NCBI GenBank assembly: GCA_938084645.1
Contig: CALKEP010000070.1
Coordinates: forward strand, 1 to 31,386
DNA length: 31,386 nt
Source: an uncultured Phycisphaerales bacterium
Lineage (GTDB): Bacteria > Planctomycetota > Phycisphaerae > Phycisphaerales > SM1A02
Direction: 5' to 3'
A program made the position numbers and the translations under genes. Shown in pieces: positions 27,527 to 31,386 of the stretch; positions within the stretch are counted from its first letter, which is position 1, and every line of letters begins with the position of its first letter. The notes under the pieces were generated by a model. The model searched no databases and had not been told where the DNA came from. It was given only the letters and a program-made list of their open reading frames with translations.

Positions 27527-28183
27527 ATGCACGAGACGTCCCACGCCAATCCCGCCGACGTGCTCGAGAGACTCCTCGAAGGCAACCGCCGATTCGTCGG
27601 AAACGCCCGCCGGAGTCGCGACCTCCCGCGTGAGGTTCGAGCGACGGCCGGCGGCCAGGCCCCTTCGGTGGCGATCGTCGGCTGCATCGATTCCCGCGCC
27701 GCCGGCGAGCTCGTCCTGGATCTCGGGATCGGCGACGCGTTCAACATCCGGCTCGCGGGCAACATCGTCGATGCCGCGGCGCTCGGGAGTCTCGAGTACG
27801 CCTGCGGCGTCGTGGAGACGCCGCTCGTGCTGGTCCTCGGCCACACGGGTTGCGGCGCCGTGAAGGCCGCCTGCGACACCGCCGCGGGCGTCGCCGGACC
27901 CTCCACCCTCGATCATCTCCCGGCCGTGCTCGATCCCATTCTGGAAGCGGTCGCCATCGAACGCGATGCGACTCGTCCCGCCGACGCCACCAGCGGGAAC
28001 CCGGCATTCGTCGACGGCGTCGCCCGGCTGAACGTGCTCCGGACGATCCTCGACCTCACGGAACGAAGTCCCACCCTCGCGCGTCTCGTCGAGGCCGGCA
28101 GACTCGGCATCGCGGGTGCGATGTACGACGTGTCCACCGGACGAGTCGAGGTGATCGAGACGTCCTGGGAGTCGTCGGAATGA
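27527..28183 (+). CDS. Beta-class carbonic anhydrase
   Basis: LLEGNRRF, GQAP, zinc ligands GCIDSR and GHTGCGAV, RLAGN, GSLEYA. Confidence 0.95.
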   Translation: MHETSHANPADVLERLLEGNRRFVGNARRSRDLPREVRATAGGQAPSVAIVGCIDSRAAGELVLDLGIGDAFNIRLAGNIVDAAALGSLEYACGVVETPLVLVLGHTGCGAVKAACDTAAGVAGPSTLDHLPAVLDPILEAVAIERDATRPADATSGNPAFVDGVARLNVLRTILDLTERSPTLARLVEAGRLGIAGAMYDVSTGRVEVIETSWESSE

Positions 28184-28208
28184 ATGCCGCCGCGGGTCAC
28201 GCGATCGG

Positions 28209-29234
28209 ATGCTGACGTTCGATCTGATCTGGGCGATCGCCGCCTCCCTGTTCCTGGCCGGCCCGCTGATGTGGTTCTTCGCTCGTCGAAGTTCAACGGT
28301 CGGCGAACGGCGATGCGGCGAATGCGGATACGACCTCCTCGGCGCCACCGCGACGAGTGAACGCTGTCCGGAGTGCGGCGCGACGCTCGCCGAGGCCGCC
28401 ATCGACACTCGGCTGGATGAACTCGGTGTTCGCCGACGTCGAAGCCTGCGTCGAATCGGTGGATGGTGCACCATCGCGGGCCTCGCCTCCCTCTTCATCA
28501 TGCTGCTGGTCGACCTGCGACGGATTCCCGTGACGCCCCCGGGCTGGCTCGCCCGAGTCGACGCTCGATGGGCGGCACGAAGCCCGGACCCCACCTCGGC
28601 CGCGGTCTTCCAACGTCTCGTCGACCTTCGTTGCGGCGGGGAACTGACGGATGCGGACCTGCGGACCGCCGTCGATCGGACACTGACGAGAATCGACCAG
28701 CGGAATCATGGCGGCGCCCCCGCCCGCGAGCTGATCATGCACGCCTGGCGGGACGGCGTGGTGACCGACGAGGAACTCGTCTCGATCGACGCGCTCTGGC
28801 CGGTCATCGAACTCGAACCGACCACCGGCACCCGCGCCAGCATGCCGATACGCACCCGGGTCGACGCCGGCGATTTCCGCGTGCCGATCGCGAAGGCCGG
28901 TTTGGCGATCGAGATCGCCTGGAACGAGATCGTGGTGGATGGCGTCTCCTTCGCCACGGACAGGACGGACGTGCTCGATCGATGGCCGGGGCCGGGCCTC
29001 CCCGCGATCGCCCCACGTGCGTCCGAGGAAGCGACGCCGGAACGGACGGACTCTTCACGCGATGCCGAGACGGTTCCCGTCGAGATCCGCATGACGGTGA
29101 CCCTGATCGACACCCGAGGACGCGCGCCGGGCACGGCCGCCACCGATCCCCTGCCGGGAACCGTGCTCGCCCGGCGGGAGATCCTCGTCTCCCGGCCGCT
29201 CGAGATCGATGAGCCCATCGAAACCCGAGAATGA
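28209..29234 (+). CDS. Membrane protein with zinc ribbon, function unknown
   Basis: Transmembrane segment, CGECGYDLLG...CPECG, second transmembrane segment, then a soluble domain. Confidence 0.75.
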   Translation: MLTFDLIWAIAASLFLAGPLMWFFARRSSTVGERRCGECGYDLLGATATSERCPECGATLAEAAIDTRLDELGVRRRRSLRRIGGWCTIAGLASLFIMLLVDLRRIPVTPPGWLARVDARWAARSPDPTSAAVFQRLVDLRCGGELTDADLRTAVDRTLTRIDQRNHGGAPARELIMHAWRDGVVTDEELVSIDALWPVIELEPTTGTRASMPIRTRVDAGDFRVPIAKAGLAIEIAWNEIVVDGVSFATDRTDVLDRWPGPGLPAIAPRASEEATPERTDSSRDAETVPVEIRMTVTLIDTRGRAPGTAATDPLPGTVLARREILVSRPLEIDEPIETRE

Positions 29235-29336
29235 ACGGGGGTCGACGAACCGCCACTCGAACGCCATCATGCAGACGTCCGATCGATCGACCACATCATC
29301 CCACGGTCCGTACGCGACCATCAAGCGAGACGATCC

Positions 29337-30620
29337 ATGACGAGTTTCCTCACCGCGGCCTTGATCATCCTGAGCGTCTCGGCGTCTCCTCCCCAGTCCG
29401 ATCCGAAGGACGCCGCGAAGGACGCCACGCCCGCCGCCACCGAAGGCGCCCCGGTGTGGCTCCGTGGGAACACCCACACCCACACCCTCTGGAGCGACGG
29501 GGATGCCCCGCCGGAGACCGCGATCGCGTGGTACGTCGATCACGACTACGACTTTCTGGTGCTCAGCGATCACAATCTCGTCCAGACCGGCGAACGCTGG
29601 TTCGACGTGAGCGACGACGGACGATTGACGCCCGCCAAGGTCGACGCGGTGACGGATCGATTCGGCACCGACTTCGCCGAGCTCCGCGAGGGCGACGGCG
29701 GACCGCAGATGCGACTCCGACGGCTTGACGAGTTGAAGTCGATGTTCGATCGGGACGGCGAGTTCGTGCTGATCCCCGGCGAGGAGGTCACCTCCTCCTT
29801 CCGGCTCGCCCAGGTCCACATCAACGCCATCAACGTCGACGAGACGATCCCACCGATCAAGGGCGAATCGGTGCAGACGACCATCCAGGCCAATCTCGAC
29901 GCGATCGCCGCGTGGGGTGCCGCGAACGACCGCCCGGTCCTCGCCCACTTGAATCATCCGAATTTCCGAAAGTCCCTTTCGGCGTCGAATCTCGCCGAAA
30001 TGAGGGGCGAGCGGTTCTTCGAGGTCTACAACGGTCACCGCAGCGTCGAGAACGAGCGGATCGGCAACCGACCATCGATGGACGAGATGTGGGACCTCGC
30101 CCTGATCGCCCGACTTCACGGCGGCGCCGGCGACGGCGGACCGCTCTACGGCCTCGCGACCGACGACGCGCACGATCATTACGAGAACGACGCGGTCTCG
30201 ATCCCCGGTCGCGGCTGGATCATGGTTCGAGCCGCGAGCCACGGTCCCGACGACATCGTCCGAGCGATGCGGGCCGGCGACTTCTACGCCTCGAGTGGCG
30301 TCGAGCTCACCGACGTCCGCGAGGAGACGGACCGGCTCGTGATCGACATCGACGCGGAAGACGGCGTGACGTATCTCACCGAGTTCATCGGCGTGCCGAT
30401 CGACGGCGACGCCCCGCCGACGACGCGGACCCTGATGGCCACGGACGCCGATCCGGCGGTGTACGAATTCAAGGGCGACGAGCTGTACGTCCGGGCCAGG
30501 GTCACGAGCTCCCGCCTCCACCCCCGTCCCTATCGCAAGGGTGATTTCGAGACGGCCTGGACCCAGCCCGTGCGACTCCGGACGCTTCGGTCGTCGACAT
30601 CAACGACGCCCGAGCCATGA
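29337..30620 (+). CDS. Secreted PHP-domain metallohydrolase (CehA/McbA-like)
   Basis: Signal peptide; GNTHTHTLWSDG, LSDHN, GEEVT, VHINA, NHPN, EVYNG, ATDDAH, GDFYAS. Confidence 0.88.
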   Translation: MTSFLTAALIILSVSASPPQSDPKDAAKDATPAATEGAPVWLRGNTHTHTLWSDGDAPPETAIAWYVDHDYDFLVLSDHNLVQTGERWFDVSDDGRLTPAKVDAVTDRFGTDFAELREGDGGPQMRLRRLDELKSMFDRDGEFVLIPGEEVTSSFRLAQVHINAINVDETIPPIKGESVQTTIQANLDAIAAWGAANDRPVLAHLNHPNFRKSLSASNLAEMRGERFFEVYNGHRSVENERIGNRPSMDEMWDLALIARLHGGAGDGGPLYGLATDDAHDHYENDAVSIPGRGWIMVRAASHGPDDIVRAMRAGDFYASSGVELTDVREETDRLVIDIDAEDGVTYLTEFIGVPIDGDAPPTTRTLMATDADPAVYEFKGDELYVRARVTSSRLHPRPYRKGDFETAWTQPVRLRTLRSSTSTTPEP

Positions 30621-30675
30621 GCCACCCGCACCGATCCGCCCACCGGCGGCCGGGGCGATCGTGGACGATCCGGAT

Positions 30676-31386
30676 TCACTGCCCGAGCACCATCCGCCGC
30701 AGATCCGAGTCCCCCGCCTGCTTCGGAAACGCCTGCCGACGAAGCATCATCTGGAAGTCGCTTCGCGCCCTGGTGGTGTAGGCGTACATGATCCGATACC
30801 CGGGATCGACCGCATCCCGACTCCCGTAGTGGAAGCATCGGCTGGAATCGAGGAAGAGCACGTCGCCACGCTTCCCGGTGAACGCGATCCGCTCCGACGG
30901 ATCGACGTGCTGGTACATGCGTTCGTCGGTGACGCGATACGGCTGTCGCCACTTCTGATAGTTCAGCTCCCGCGTCGCTCGTTCCGACACCGAGGCGGGG
31001 AGAAACGTCCAGGGGCCCGTCCGTTCCGTCGCGTCCCGGACCAGGACGATCGCGTAGACCATCGGGAAGTCGTGGATGTCGCGATGCCAGAGCTGGCTCG
31101 CGTTGTAGGTGGTTCGCTCGCTGAATCGCTCCGTCGACTCGAACACCCGGATTCCGGTCGGGAGGTTCAAGGCGATCGTCGGAATCATGCCCATGTAGTC
31201 CGCCACCGTCGCCACCACCTCGGACGACGTCGCGAAGTCGAGCAGACGCGGAAACTCGTCGAGTTCGTCGATGTGGCTGAGGTGGTAGAGGTAGTCCTGC
31301 TGCGCAAGCGGCGTCCCCCGGCGATCCTGACCACCACGCTCCTCGATCAGTCGATCCGCTTCGGCGAGCGAGGATTCGAGTCCGGG
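30676..31386 (-). CDS. PhyH-like Fe(II)/2-oxoglutarate dioxygenase, 5' end outside the window
   Basis: Frame stays open from 31218 to the window edge; SQLWHRD (HxD), TGPWTF, GDVLFLDS...FHYGSR (distal His and Arg). Confidence 0.8.
   Translation of the reverse strand, partial: PGLESSLAEADRLIEERGGQDRRGTPLAQQDYLYHLSHIDELDEFPRLLDFATSSEVVATVADYMGMIPTIALNLPTGIRVFESTERFSERTTYNASQLWHRDIHDFPMVYAIVLVRDATERTGPWTFLPASVSERATRELNYQKWRQPYRVTDERMYQHVDPSERIAFTGKRGDVLFLDSSRCFHYGSRDAVDPGYRIMYAYTTRARSDFQMMLRRQAFPKQAGDSDLRRMVLGQ

Noticed and set aside
27527..31386. Carbonic anhydrase, PHP hydrolase and PhyH-like dioxygenase as members of the FAAL-P450 pathway
   Set aside because: Carbonic anhydrase appears to have its own promoter and the dioxygenase is convergent from outside the window. 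Nothing in the sequence links them beyond proximity.

Overview
High-GC bacterial window, most likely a Phycisphaerales-type planctomycete (inferred from CxxCxYDLxG...CPECG zinc-ribbon membrane proteins, DCNxNGxxDxC-repeat proteins and WG-ended dockerin-like tails). It has about 22 real genes and no recognisable rRNA, tRNA, CRISPR array or mobile element. Left part (0.5-13.8 kb): mainly exported proteins, namely an S9 peptidase, an esterase, two paralogous LamG/Cys-Asp-repeat proteins and a beta-propeller lipoprotein. Three of these share a C-terminal dockerin-like tag, and three are preceded by the same unexplained palindrome GGAAATTTCC. Middle (14.1-20.5 kb): an actinobacterial-style furA-katG unit with its operator, and a Fur-boxed Fe3+ ABC transporter. 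The best candidate for an undescribed system is transcribed divergently from that transporter (20.6-27.5 kb). It is a PKS/NRPS-free FAAL - P450 - P450 - ACP operon abutting a GNAT-like gene, which shares a 24-bp bidirectional promoter region with a degenerate alkaline-phosphatase-superfamily gene. Right end: beta-carbonic anhydrase, zinc-ribbon protein, PHP metallohydrolase and a partial PhyH-like dioxygenase. Several genes look leaderless. All family calls come from motif recognition by eye; no searches were run.
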